A stretch of DNA of 63,803 nucleotides, filler included, from Reclinomonas americana ATCC 50394 (lineage: Eukaryota): the NCBI GenBank assembly GCA_048213135.1. It is 14 parts of 10 records of this genome, joined end to end, with 100 filler letters (N's around TTAATTAATTAA, not from the genome) between each part and the next. Parts side by side here need not be neighbours in the genome. Positions count along the whole stretch, not along the records: positions 39,879 to 48,095 come from PS015930.1; positions 48,196 to 59,430 come from PS015931.1; 12 more parts are not named here. One strand, 5' to 3'. Positions 40,404 to 53,800 of the stretch are shown here, in pieces. The translations under genes and the position numbers were made by a program. The stretch's first letter is position 1. Every line of letters begins with the position of its first letter. Below the pieces are notes generated by a model. The model searched no databases, was not told the DNA's origin, and worked only from the letters and a program-made list of their open reading frames with translations.

Positions 40404-43400
40404 TCACAAGCCGTACACGCGCCATGTTGGCGACTCTACCACTCCACCGGTCAAGCCGCGCACCTCGTCTAGCATGTGTAGCACTGCGTCTGCGTCCTCG
40501 CCACGCACCCGAATTGGCTGCAAAGAGGAACAAGTGTAAGTAGCAACTCATCTCCTCAGTGAGACTTGCTTGAACAACGCACTCTGAATGTCAGTTCGCT
40601 GGCAAGCTGACGGCACAAGGCAAGGAAAATGTCCATGGCGGCTTGCAATGAAGTCGCCTCGGCACGACAACCAATCATGAGAAGCGCGAGACAGGTCCGC
40701 CCAGTGCATTCTGCGTCAAGACCACCGCAGTTAACACTAGACACAGGATACAGACACCTGAGCACAGACTGGCAAGCAAACCTTGTTGGTCCACCGATGG
40801 AATCAACTTGACGAGACCGAGTACGGCATTCTCCTCGTCGAACTCGCGACCCTTCTTGTGTCGCAACCGACGCACATTCTTGCGACTGGCCGACGACGAC
40901 AAGGAGGTACTCGACGATGCAGAGCTGCGACTGACATCACTCATATCCGAGTAGGCGCTGAGATCACTAAACGCATCCGAGTGCGCATCATCACCGCCCC
41001 CATCCAAGCCATCTCGCGCCAAACCAGGAATACCTGCACGCTTTCGTCAGTAACACGCAAGCAATCCGTGCATCGCATCTCCCTCACCGTGCAATCTTGC
41101 GTATTCGCGGATCTTGCGCAGTCCGTCGAGCTTGCGCTCGAACCGCTCATGCGTGGCACGAATAGCCGCCTCCTGCGTCGGCGCAGACTGCCGGAGCGCA
41201 GGAACAATATTGACGGTGACAAGGTCTTCGCGACGTGACAGACGAGCCTGAATGAGGAGGGGGCGGAAGAAATGTGAGAAAATGGTGGGGTTGCGGGATC
41301 GGAAAAGACAACGTACGCACCAATCGAATGGCTTCGAGCCACTGGCTGGCGCTCATCAACATCTCCACCGCCTGCTCCGCGTCTTGCGTCCCGTCCACGA
41401 GCGCACGCGCAGCACCAACAATGTCACCGCGAGACTTGAGAGCCGCACTCTGCGTCGGTTGCAGGTCAGTCATACGACATCAAAGGTGATACTCACAGCA
41501 AAAAAACACAGACCAGCTGAGTAGCGATGGATTCTCGCCGCATGACTGCAGTGTCGCGATCGCACAGATCGAGGGTGGCAAATGCCTCCGCCACCAATCC
41601 ACCTTTGGCAAACGCCTCGGCAGCGTGGAGCGTCTGTGGTGGAACGCAGCCCAGGAAAACTGCACCGGCATCACGGAACCGTCCCTGTCAACGACAAGCA
41701 ACCAAGTAAGCCATATTGCGGGTGCTCCGTAGTAGCATGTGCTTCTCACCACGAACCTTGTTGCTCAACTGCGCGCCGTAGCTCACCAGCAGTCGCTGCC
41801 GCACTCGTTGCTTCCACTCCTCCTCCGACGAAGCAACAAAGAGCTCGTTGAGAGCAAGCTCGTGCAAATCATGGCCCTCTGCCAGGCGCACACATGTATC
41901 CTCCTCCTCGGCGCCCGCGGCACACAGATTGCGCAGCGCACGATCGTAGCGTCCTGCAACGCGAGAGAGAAAGAGAGAGATTAAGGAACGAGATTGCCAG
42001 ATGAATCAAGATGCGCAGCCGTCTCACGCAACGGAGATGCATGTCGATGCGGTAGCGGCGCAGTGATTCGGGAACCGACTGCAGCTGACGAAGGAAAGGA
42101 AGGTACTCTTTCGGATCGCGCTGCGACTGCTGAGCCACCATCACAACCAGAGAGAAGTTGTAGAGGCCCAGCGCCACATTGTACAACACATCCACGTCCG
42201 ACAGCACAATGAGGTACGCGAGGGCGGCTTGAGCGGCCTCCTTTGATTCCATCGCCTCGATGCGTTCAACTGCGTTTGTAGAGTGAGCTTCGTGAGATGC
42301 AGTGCGCACGGATCAATAACTATTAACCGGTGCGGAGAGCACTCTCCAGGTCGGGAGGTGACTGGCGTGCAAACGTGGTAATAATGGCGTGGCGGTACTT
42401 GATGAAATCCAGTCGCTGAACGGTGCGTTGTCAGCATGTGATAACAAGGAGGCAGTGAATGGCTGTGGCTACCGCGTACCTCCATGGCCTCGCGGAACAG
42501 CTTGCACACGTGATTCACCTTGCCCGGGACGGAACCGGCGTTGGGCAGAGCAGCGTCGTGGTGACCGAGAAATCTGAAGAGGGTCTTTGTCGTGTCCTCG
42601 TCGCGCAGCTGCGAGAGGAAGACGTTGAAGTTCTCAATGTCGTCGATCTGGTGGTGTAGGTGAGCGAGTGGTTATCCAGCACAGAAACGACAAATGCTGC
42701 ACAGCCTGGGTTTTCGATTCACCTGTCGAATAAACGCCTCTGGATCGGCATCGATCTCTCGCGCCGCGAGGTCGTACGCCACATTCATATCCACACGCTG
42801 CTTGCGACAAAGCAGCAGTGCCGTGCCGTAGGCGCCTTGTCGGAGCGCCAACTTGATGGCCAGCAACACCAGGGGTCGCGGATTGATCGCCTCCAGGTTG
42901 CCGCGAGGCATCTGCAGCACAACACGCGTGTGCACCGGAACGGCGCACACCAACAGTGATCCACGCTCGACTTCGCGAGTAAACACCCACTCGGCGGAGT
43001 GCTCCTTGGCAAACTGCACGGCACACAGTCATGATGTGGGGGAAATGGGAGGACGGCGGCCACCACAAGTACCTCATCGAGAGTGGCGGCTACGGAGCTG
43101 GCCACAGGCACAATTCGCAACTGGTGCGAGTAGGTCGTGTAGAGCAGGAAGGACTCGTGTACGGCAAACGAGGAGCACTCGGAGGAGACGAGGTGCGATC
43201 CAGCATAGAGCTGACCGCGCGCAGAGAGTCCCACCAAGCACTCTTCGCTTCCAAACTGCAATGCGCGCCCATAGTTGTGGTGAGTTTTATCGCCCCACAC
43301 AAGAGAGAGGCGGCAAGGCTCACCATCATGCAGCTCGTCTGTGGGCACGGTTGTGGGAACTGCTGGTCGGGGGCCACCGCAAGCGCCGCAGCGCCACTCT

Positions 43401-46400
43401 CGCTCAGTCGTGCCGTGAGAATCCGGCCGGAGCGAGTTTGCACAAAGGTTCGACCGGTGAACCAATGGTGCGCAATGCTCAACACGTCGTCCTTTGACGA
43501 TGCGTCCGGTCGCGACAGTGTCGTGGTGCGTCCCGACAACGTGTCGAACTGACGAAGCGAAGGATGTCAACATTTCACTGAGACACACGCACACACACAA
43601 TCATTCACTCACACACACACATGCACACACAAACAGGTACGCACACACACAAAGGAACACAAGCACACACTCACTCACTCACTTACTCACTCACCCACTC
43701 ACTCACTCACTCACTCATTCATTCATACACACACACANNNNNNNNNNNNNNNNNNNNNNNNNNNNNNNNNNNNNNNNNNNNNNNNNNNNNNNNNNNNNNN
43801 NNNNNNNNNNNNNNNNNNNNNNNNNNNNNNNNNNNNNNNNNNNNNNNNNNNNNNNNNNNNNNNNNNNNNNNNNNNNNNNNNNNNNNNNNNNNNNNNNNNN
43901 NNNNNNNNNNNNNNNNNNNNNNNNNNNNNNNNNNNNNNNNNNNNNNNNNNNNNNNNNNNNNNNNNNNNNNNNNNNNNNNNNNNNNNNNNNNNNNNNNNNN
44001 NNNNNNNNNNNNNNNNNNNNNNNNNNNNNNNNNNNNNNNNNNNNNNNNNNNNNNNNNNNNNNNNNNNNNNNNNNNNNNNNNNNNNNNNNNNNNNNNNNNN
44101 NNNNNNNNNNNNNNNNNNNNNNNNNNNNNNNNNNNNNNNNNNNNNNNNNNNNNNNNNNNNNNNNNNNNNNNNNGCACGCACAAACGCAAAAGGCACGCAC
44201 GACTCACCACCACAATGACATCGCCATCTCCGCTATTGGTGGCGTCACCGACTGCCGCAATCGCATGCTCACCAACTGCGCACCACAAGCGCAACGAATG
44301 CGCGTCGACTCCTGCGGCGTTCACGCTGTATCACAAAGACGCATGAGTACGTCAAATGATGACGCGATTGAAACACTCGGCGGCAGCGCGCGCAACTCGA
44401 GTACTTCCGCAGCCGAATACGATGCCTCAATAAATGCATACGGATCGTCTGCCGTGCTGTGCTGCGCGCGACTGGGGCGCTCGAACACGCGCACGTGGCC
44501 GGTGGAGTCCACCACCATGACTCTATGCGAAGGGAAGAAGTGTGTGAGAGGCGAGAGAGGCGAAGAACATGCTGCGCTACCCGATAATTCGTACCGTCCC
44601 TCGAGCGTCTGTGTCACAGCACGCACCAGCGCACCGCCCTCCAGTGCGATTTCCACCGAGCACAAGGGTGGCGGCGGCACGGCATAGCGCATGTGGCTGA
44701 GCATTACACGGTGCCTGTCGATGCTGGCACATGTGGCCCAATTGTCGCGCCCGGCACCTGGCGAATGCTGCACCGTCCACACGTACTCGCGGCGCACGTA
44801 CACCAAGTCTGTGTCAACGTAGGCAGTGAGCAGTGAAGGAAATGACAATACCACCGTGAGACGTCGCACCTTGCGTCACCAGGTGCAGTGTGTGCGCGAA
44901 TTCGCCATCCCACGACATGCACACAATCGAAGACGCGCGCTCCACCTCCTCCTTCATGTACCAGTGGTAGTTGTTGCGGTACCATAGCTGCACCACGGTC
45001 TTGCCTCGCTGCACACGTTCACGAGCACACAAGGAAATCAGGCGAGGGGNNNNNNNNNNNNNNNNNNNNNNNNNNNNNNNNNNNNNNNNNNNNNNNNNNN
45101 NNNNNNNNNNNNNNNNNNNNNNNNNNNNNNNNNNNNNNNNNNNNNNNNNNNNNNNNNNNNNNNNNNNNNNNNNNNNNNNNNNNNNNNNNNNNNNNNNNNN
45201 NNNNNNNNNNNNNNNNNNNNNNNNNNNNNNNNNNNNNNNNNNNNNNNNNNNNNNNNNNNNNNNNNNNNNNNNNNNNNNNNNNNNNNNNNNNNNNNNNNNN
45301 NNNNNNNNNNNNNNNNNNNNNNNNNNNNNNNNNNNNNNNNNNNNNNNNNNNNNNNNNNNNNNNNNNNNNNNNNNNNNNNNNNNNNNNNNNNNNNNNNNNN
45401 NNNNNNNNNNNNNNNNNNNNNNNNNNNNNNNNNNNNNNNNNNNNNNNNNNNNNNNNNNNNNNNNNNNNNNNNNNNNNNNNNNNNNNNNNNNNNNNNNNNN
45501 NNNNNNNNNNNNNNNNNNNNNNNNNNNNNNNNNNNNNNNNNNNNNNNNNNNNNNNNNNNNNNNNNNNNNNNNNNNNNNNNNNNNNNNNNNNNNNNNNNNN
45601 NNNNNNNNNNNNNNNNNNNAAGAGGGAAGAGGGAGAGAGAGGGAGAGGGAGAGAGGGAGAGAGGGAGAGAGGGAGAGAGGGAGAGAGGGAAGAGGAAAAC
45701 GAGACTACTCTGTGCGCCACGCACCCGTGTCACTCGGATCGCCAGAATATCCGAGGTCGAGTTCCACTGCAACTCCTCGATTCGTGGTCTCTCTTCATCG
45801 GCAGCGTGCTGCGATTGCACAAATTCGTAGTGGCGCAGACCGTTGCGCTCGTAAAACACCACCTGCGTCTCCCGCTTGCCCTCGTGATACGCATCGCAGG
45901 CAATAATGGCACCCGATGGTCTAGATAGAGGCACTTGTATCTGTAAGAACGTGTGCGAGGCTGCTGAAGAGGACAAACACGCACCGCCATGCCAGGCAGT
46001 GGCCAAGTCCGGCTTCGCTTTCGCAGCGAGCCGACACACCGCTGTGCCGATCAAATACCACGCAACGCGAGGCCGGTCCGTCTGCGGTCGACACCACAAA
46101 GTACTCGCCGTCGCCGCGCCAGGAGATGGCCACGGCGTGGGCGTTGCTTCCTGGGGGAGGGGATAGAGGGTGAGCGAAGGGGGAAGGGAGGGGGAGGGAG
46201 GGGGAGATTGGAGCAAGAGTAAGAGAGGAAAGACTTCTCCATCTCGTATCCTTCGCACTTCTTCCCCCACCAATGGAGAGGGATATGGAGGAGTAGGCAG
46301 AGAAGATGGAAATATGCATCACACGAAGAACAAGTGATGTGAACAAGCAGGCGGGGAGAGAGAAACGCAGAACAGGAAACTGTGTTGCATCTCTCTCACA

Positions 46401-46593
46401 TACAGGGATATATGTTTGGTACGACGAATGGCGGTGCGGATGAGAGAGTCTTTCAAAGGCGGCGAGTAACGGAGGACGACGGTGACGGTGGTAGGAGACA
46501 GAGAAGGAGAATACGAGTAAGAACAGAAGGCGTCGAGGGATGATGCGAAGATGAAGAGGAGTACGAAGAGGAAGAGAATGAGTGAGAAAAAAG

Positions 46594-46628
<35 letters not shown>

Positions 46629-47136
46629 TCCCTGCCCAAATCTTCACCATCATCATCCCCGCTGCCGCCATTCGACGCAGTCTCCGCCAGCACCTCCCAC
46701 TCCTTGGTCATGGTAAAGAGAGTGCCGTGCTGGGTGCCCATCACCACCAGTTCCTGATCGGGACTCCAGCCGACGGCCGTCACTTGCGCGTCGAGTGAGC
46801 CCACCTGTTCCATCTGCGCAGCTGCGTGAGGCCACCGTATTCCCCGACAGTCACGCAGAGAGATGGAGGGAGATGGCCACATGAAGAGCACATAATGAAC
46901 AACGGCAAAAACAACAGAGAAGGATGCAGAGAGAACAAGAGAATGCGAGATAGAGAGTGAGAGTGATAAGAGAGAGAGAGAGAGAGATAGGAGAGCACAG
47001 AGAGAGCGAGAGAAAGAGACAGAGCAGAGCAGAGCAGAGAGAGAGAGGGAGAGGCAGCAAAGACAGGAGAGATAGGAGAGCACACAGAGAGAGAGAGAGC
47101 AGAGAGCAAAGCGAGAGAGAGACAGAGCAGAGCAGA

Positions 47137-47206
<70 letters not shown>

Positions 47207-47755
47207 GAGAGAGNNNNNNNNNNNNNNNNNNNNNNNNNNNNNNNNNNNNNNNNNNNNNNNNNNNNNNNNNNNNNNNNNNNNNNNNNNNNNNNNNNNNNNN
47301 NNNNNNNNNNNNNNNNNNNNNNNNNNNNNNNNNNNNNNNNNNNNNNNNNNNNNNNNNNNNNNNNNNNNNNNNNNNNAGGAGGAGGAGGAGAGAGAGAAGA
47401 ACAAGAAGAAGAAAAGAAGAAAGAAAGAAAGAAGAAAGAAAGAAAGAAGAAGAATAAAGTAGAGGTAGAATGAGAGAGGGAGAGAGCGACACACACACAC
47501 AAATTAACACGCATACACACACACACACACACCTGCTTCGACAAGGTATCAAACACCACAATCTCGCCCTCGCGATTCACCGCCGCAATAGTGGAGCTCT
47601 CCGCGAGGTACGTCGCCGACACAATGTGCGCCACATCCAGTGCCGGAATCCCATCACTACTACTCGCCGCATCGCAGGCGTCCACGCGACACGAGACCGC
47701 TGAGCGGTCCACGTCGACGCCCACAAGAACACCACGGCGAGTCATGATAAACACC
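40404..47755 (-). CDS. ELP1: Elongator complex protein 1 (IKI3/IKAP), 5' end not resolved
   Basis: WSPDQELV, ISWRGDGEYF, AWRPSG, FYERNGLRHYEF, NYHWYMK, VERGS, LQMPRGNLEAINPR, YNVALGLYNF, QSQRDPKEYLPFL, and the Ser-rich/basic C-terminal region. Confidence 0.95.
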
Positions 47756-48039
47756 TGGGGGGAGAGAGGGAAATGTGAGGAAATGGGGGCCTCCCAATGC
47801 AAGAAGGGAGATCGTGGGGAAAGGGAGAGAGGAGGGAAAGGGGAGAGGAGGAGGAGGAGGACGGGAGTGTGAGAGAGAGGAATGAGGAACAATGCGCTTT
47901 CGTGCTCATTTGTCGTCTTCTCTTGTCAATTGCCATTGTGTGTGTGTGTGTGAGTGAGCGAGTGAGTGAGTGTGTGTAGAGGAGACAATGCACTCTCATG
48001 CTCATTCATGTTGTTCTCCCCCGATGAACGCTCTCGCCG

Positions 48040-48094
<55 letters not shown>

Positions 48095-48201
48095 GNNNNN
48101 NNNNNNNNNNNNNNNNNNNNNNNNNNNNNNNNNNNNNNNTTAATTAATTAANNNNNNNNNNNNNNNNNNNNNNNNNNNNNNNNNNNNNNNNNNNNTCTCT
48201 A

Positions 48202-48301
<100 letters not shown>

Positions 48302-48543
48302 ACACACACACAAACACCACTCTCTGTCTCTCACAGTGCCATTACTTCCATTGTGTCTTTCTCACTTTCTTCTCTCCCTCCCCCTTTCCTTCTCTTCCTC
48401 TCTCCCTTTCCTTCTCCCACTACCTCGTCCCTTCGCTCTCCTTCTCTGCTCCTCCCTTTCCACCTCTCTCCTTTGCTTTCCCTCTCTTTTGTGCGCGCGA
48501 CATTGCCACCTTTTCTCACTCTCACTCTTTCCCCCCTTCTCAG

Positions 48544-48668
48544 ACGAATCACCCGCGCCTGAGAGCGCACGTCACGCGGCCTCTCAGCGACGACGACAGC
48601 GTCTGCGCGATGAGGAGCATGCGTTGAGGGAAGGCATTGCGCGGGGCGAAGTCAAGACCGATTTGTGA
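48544..48668 (+). CDS. Terminal exon of an otherwise missing gene, ending in KTDL*
   Basis: A long pyrimidine tract plus CAG acceptor is followed by an open frame ending GEVKTDL-TGA. Confidence 0.4.
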
Positions 48669-48765
48669 TCACCTTATAGACATGAGAGAGATGCTTGCAC
48701 AATGAACAAGTGTTTCTTTGCGTGCACTAGTGAATCACCGAGCATAGGGAACGGTTGATGATGAA

Positions 48766-50261
48766 CTAGTATTCTGCATGCATCTCATCCTCATCGCAGT
48801 GTACCGGAGCCACATAGTCCACTTGGACTGAACCGTCTCCGACACGATCAACTGCGAGTGGACGACTAACACACGCGTCGCCGCTGCTAAGCACTGACTG
48901 CAGCAGAAGGCCGCTCTGGAGGGGTGCAGACTCAGAAGGTACCGCAGCTGTTGGCCTCAAGCGTTCCAGTTCATCCACGGCTTCTTCAAGTATTCGCAAC
49001 AAATCGCCGGCCTATAAAACACAGAGTGGAGTCATCACCACGAGCACACGTACAGGCCTACGAATCAGCGCGACAATTAACGAAACATGATCGGCGTCAT
49101 ACGTATCCCTGGCGAGTTCGTCAGCTGGGAAGCGTCTGTGACCGCTGCTATAAAGAGCGCGGTGCATCGGCGAGATGGGCAACTGATCAAGAAACGGGTC
49201 GCTAGAGTACTCCTATGAACAGTCACCGTGGCTTGATATTAGTGCACTCCACGTCGTGACATACACATGCGTCTCCCACAGCACACGCAGGGCCAGCTGG
49301 CCACACACCTTCACGATGCGTCCACTGACGCCCACGCGCCGATTGATGCGCTGCAGTCGCCAGCTCATGCGCCAGATCCGTGGAATAGACAGCCACTCAT
49401 ACATGCGACACGTCCCGTACTTGGTCTCCAAGAGGGTGCAGATAGACCAGCCGGAGTCGCAGTACAGATTAACAGCGCTCCCATATGGAATTGGCTCAAA
49501 CAGCCCGAGCTCAGTGTGCTGAGATGGTAGCAGGTGTGAGATCAACATGTACGCCACCACGACGCATACGACTTGACGGGGTACGTACCTCTCTGACAGC
49601 CACAAGCACAGCCGCCGCACCTTCCAGGTTGACGGCGAGCAAGCGGGAGTAGGAAAGGTGGAGAGCTCGCCAGTCAATGTCACGCACACGACGCATGAAG
49701 TTGACGTCCACGTGCCACAGACACAGTCTCATAAAGGGGAGCAGCGACAGTGCATCAGCATGTGGGTCCAGGTGCGACCGCCCCAGCGTGGTCATTGGAT
49801 CGAAATCAACGACTGCATCTCGCCAAAAGAAGGCGTCGACATCGTGTGCGTCATCATCGTCGTGGTCAGCAGGCACCAGACCACGGACACGCCATACGTT
49901 GTGCTCCTGCAAGCGAAAACGCGATGACTGTGAGTTCAATGACGTGCGCGCACATGCACACTAACACACTAACACACACACGCACACGCACAAACACACC
50001 ACAATCGCACCAACACACTCATACACACTTTGCACACACTCTGCACACACACACACTCTCTCTCTCCACACGCACACGTGCACACACACACACACACACG
50101 TGCACACATGCACACACAGGCGCACCACACGCATGCACTCACATCGATCGGATGATGCAACATACTGTACACACTGTGCGGCGACAGCGCGCGAAACACC
50201 AACGATGGACGACCCCAGGCAAGCAAGCATTTACGCAACCACAGAGGGCATCATCCGCCAT
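48766..50261 (-). CDS. Multi-exon hypothetical protein
   Basis: Open, coding-like exons bounded by GT/AG (e.g. ...WETHV|DPFLDQLPISPMHRALY...). The frame of the first and last exons is uncertain. Confidence 0.4.
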
Positions 50262-50384
50262 TGGAGGTGGATAGTAGCAGCTCTGTGTGCCTTTTTCTTT
50301 TTTCCCGAAAATCGGGGACAACTTTATCCAAGATTTGGTCAGTGTTGTGAAAGGGAGAGAGTTTACACAAAGTTTGCTGAAGTG

Positions 50385-50860
50385 CCCTTGTACTTGCTTA
50401 CGAGTCAGTGAGCAGAGGGGCCGCCTCTACAACTGGTGTTATGCTGAGAGATGCGTAAACAACGGTTGTCGCAACTCAGAGACAGCTCGTTTGTGCTCAT
50501 TTTTCGCACGCTAGCGCTTGCACTTGCTTACGAGTCAGTGAGCACAGGGACCGCCTCAATGACTGGTGTAATGCTGAGAGATGCTTACACAACGGTTGCT
50601 GCTGCATTTGCTAGAGCACAGGAACAGCCCGCTGCGTCTGTGCTCATTTGCAGCTTTACGAGGTTGCTGACGTACGCTTGCACTTGCTTACGAGTCGGTG
50701 AGCAGACGGACCGCCTGTCACGTGCACTGGCGCTTAGAGACTCTTTCCCTACGGCTCTTTGCATGCTTGCTTCATGTATCGGCTATGGATGTACAAGCAT
50801 TTCATTGTCTCACTTATCACCGAGCAGAGGGACCACCTCCACGACTGGTGTTGTGTGCAC
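50385..50860. repeat. Four degenerate direct repeats (spacing 130/160/130 bp) derived from the CFAP47 stop-codon region
   Basis: (C/T)ACTTGCTTACGAGTC(A/G)GTGAGCA..GG.CCGCCT at 50391, 50521 and 50681. A related copy at 50811 overlaps the CFAP47 stop. Confidence 0.8.
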
Positions 50861-53800
50861 TGGCGCTCACACTGGCGCTGGTGCTCGAGGCACTCGGTCG
50901 TCTCCTCTGTGCCTGCGAAATCGTTCCTCCGCCTCCGCCACCTCCAATGCTGCCTCCGCGGCTGCCGCGCGGTGGCGAGTACTCAGTGGTGGCCACCGTG
51001 CCGGAGAGGTTGGTCGAGGCACCGGCGCCACCGCGGGATGGTCGCTGGTTCTCGCTCAAAAAGTTGCGTCGAGTCTGCTTGGAGGCCAGCAGCGAGCGTT
51101 CCACCTCCATGTCGAGTTTGTTTTGCACCTTGGACACGACCTTGGACGCGTCGGGCGCCTTGTATTGCGGTAGTTGACCACGTACCTACGATTCGATAGA
51201 GTGAGCGGAAGTGACAAAGAGAGAAAGAGTGCTTCGTCGACAAACCTCGTAGCGCCACTGCATCTCGTCCGTGTCGATGACCAGATTGCCGACGAGCGGC
51301 TTGCCGTACTTGGATGCGGTGAAGCTGACGACAATCTGTGTGCCTTCGCTACCGTAGGGTGCCAACACGCCGTCGCTGCACGAGCACACAAAACACAAGT
51401 GAGAAACCAACACACACAGGTGGTGACACTCTTTTTCTTTTCCCACAAACCTCGGCACCACAGACAGCTCGAGCGGCGACTCGGCGGTGAACGCGGCACG
51501 GAAGGGCGACGGTTGTGCAAACACATTGGTGAGGCGGAAGCTGACAGACTCGGTGCGATTCACATTGGCCTCGATAATGATTGTGTCGTCGACATCGGGT
51601 GGCGCCACATCAAACTGCACCGGCATTGCGCACACAGTGAGAACGAGCGTGACAATCAACATTTGTTGTTTTTCTTCTCTGGCACTCACCTGCAGCTCGA
51701 ATCGCCAGACGCCGCCCGACTGCTTGCGCAGCAGCAGGCCCACGGAGCAGACCACTGGTCGCAGCGGCATAAAGACCAATTGCAGCACCACCGGCTCGTT
51801 GTTGCCCGAGACCTTCATCTGCACCGGTTGCACCAGCAGCGCACGCTGGATGAGAGCACCGTGCTCCGCCGGCATCTGTGACACACGCTCGTCAGCGGTG
51901 GTTGCCTTTTGGAGGGAGAGGGAGAAGGTAACAAACCTCGAGCTCGTACGAAAAGTACTCCTCGTGCGGCGCAGACAATTCAGGCAGCACGATCTCGAGT
52001 GTGTCCTCGAGACGCGTGCGCGCCTTGCACTTGTACCGGAATGGCGGCACAGCCGGCACGGCCTCGGCCACACCGTGGAGCGGGAAGCGCCACTTGAGTT
52101 CCTCGTCGCCCACTGAACGCATTGATAGAAATGAGATAACGTCGACAGAATACGGGATGACAGCAAACAGCGCACCGATAGTCTCCACCACCAGCGTGCT
52201 GCGATACTCGGTCATCCTTGTCGGTCGGAACGAGTACGGTATTTGCAGACTGACGAATGGATTGAGGGTGACGCGGTTCTTGCGCAGCAGCAGCTCAAAG
52301 ACACGATCGGGGTCGTCCGACTCGAGGTACACGGCAAACACATACGACGACGGGAATGGATTCTTGAACGTGGCGATCTGCGACGGCCCCACCAATAAGT
52401 AAGAAACAAATACAAGACTGCGGAACGAGAGTGGACGACTTGCCTGCGACGCAGTTCGGCCCACAGCTGCCGTGGCCACCAGCTGTTGCATGGTGGTCGG
52501 TCGCGTTCCATAGCCCCTACATCTGTACGTGTACTCGCCGACTTCGGGGTGCGTCAGCGAGATCTCGGTTGTCTCCACCTGCGAATACAAAAAAAGAAGA
52601 ATGAGCCCATCACCATCATCACACAGCGCACTGCTCAGCAAGACGACGCAACTTCGCTGAGCGACGACGGCGTGTACTTGATGGTCACTGGCAGCGTCTC
52701 GTACGGCCCAATGGTGATGGTGGCCGGCGACACGGAAAAGTTGCGCGGATTGGTGTTGGACACGGCCAGCGTGATCAGCTTGCCGACCGGGTTCTCCACT
52801 CGCACCTCTTCCACTCGTGAAGATCCAATCTCGCACGTCATGTCGGGCACGGATTTGGGAGCCGGCTGCGTCGACGTCAGGCTCAGGTTGTACCAAAACT
52901 CGCCAACGACCTCGTTGGTGAAGGTGATGGAGCCGGTGCGGATGCCGGCCGTGAGCGGCGAAAAGATCAGCTCGTAGGTGGCCGTCTCTTGCGGTCCCAG
53001 CATTAGGAACGGATCACCCAGCAGGCCTTCGCCCTCCAAGGTGACTTGGAACTCGACCGGCTCCGACAGCGGATTGGTGATGGCGATCTCCGCCGCCACT
53101 GCCTGCCGAACCTCGGACGCCACATTGACCGTGGCCTCGGCAGGTGGGCGCGAGGCCACCACTTGCACCGTGAACCACACGTAGCGGTGGTTCGGGGCGA
53201 CAAAACTGATGCTGCCCGTGTATGCACTACGTGAAGGAAAGGGTCAGCTGGATTGGTCAAGGAACAAGAAATGTGCGTGTTAATAAAAGACGCAACCCGG
53301 CCAGCGGTGGATGCACGACCAACTGATACTCGGACGCGGCACCCTTGTTGACCGCAAACTCGCTTTCACCCAGCACGAACGGCAGATCGGTCTCCACTTC
53401 GTACACCACACCACCGTCGGTAATGTTGGGCACCTGCGGGAACGAGAGTGAGCGAGAAGCGGACATGTGCTGGCGAAGACAGCAAGTCAGGGACCTTGAA
53501 GTTGCACTCCACTTGAGCGCGCGCCTGGCACTCGACCACCACGTGATCCTCGGGGAGTGGGTCATCTCCAACACCCTGAGTGGTGAGATGTGAGGCACAA
53601 GTTGGGCGAACGAGAGATAGACGCCTGTGGCGAGCAAACCTTGAGCGTGTACGTGTACTTTTCGCCTGTGGTCGCATTCTCCAAGTGGAGCTCGCCGGCG
53701 ACCTCACAGATCCATGGTGGGCGGAATGCCAGCGAGTAGTACTTGGTCTCACCCGGCTTGACACGGAGCTCGCGCGGACCGGAAAAGTTCTCGCCCGTCA

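Noticed and set aside
50385..50860. CRISPR-like repeat-spacer array
   Set aside because: Eukaryotic context, no cas genes, repeats are degenerate and the spacers are partly homologous to each other and to the CFAP47 CDS.
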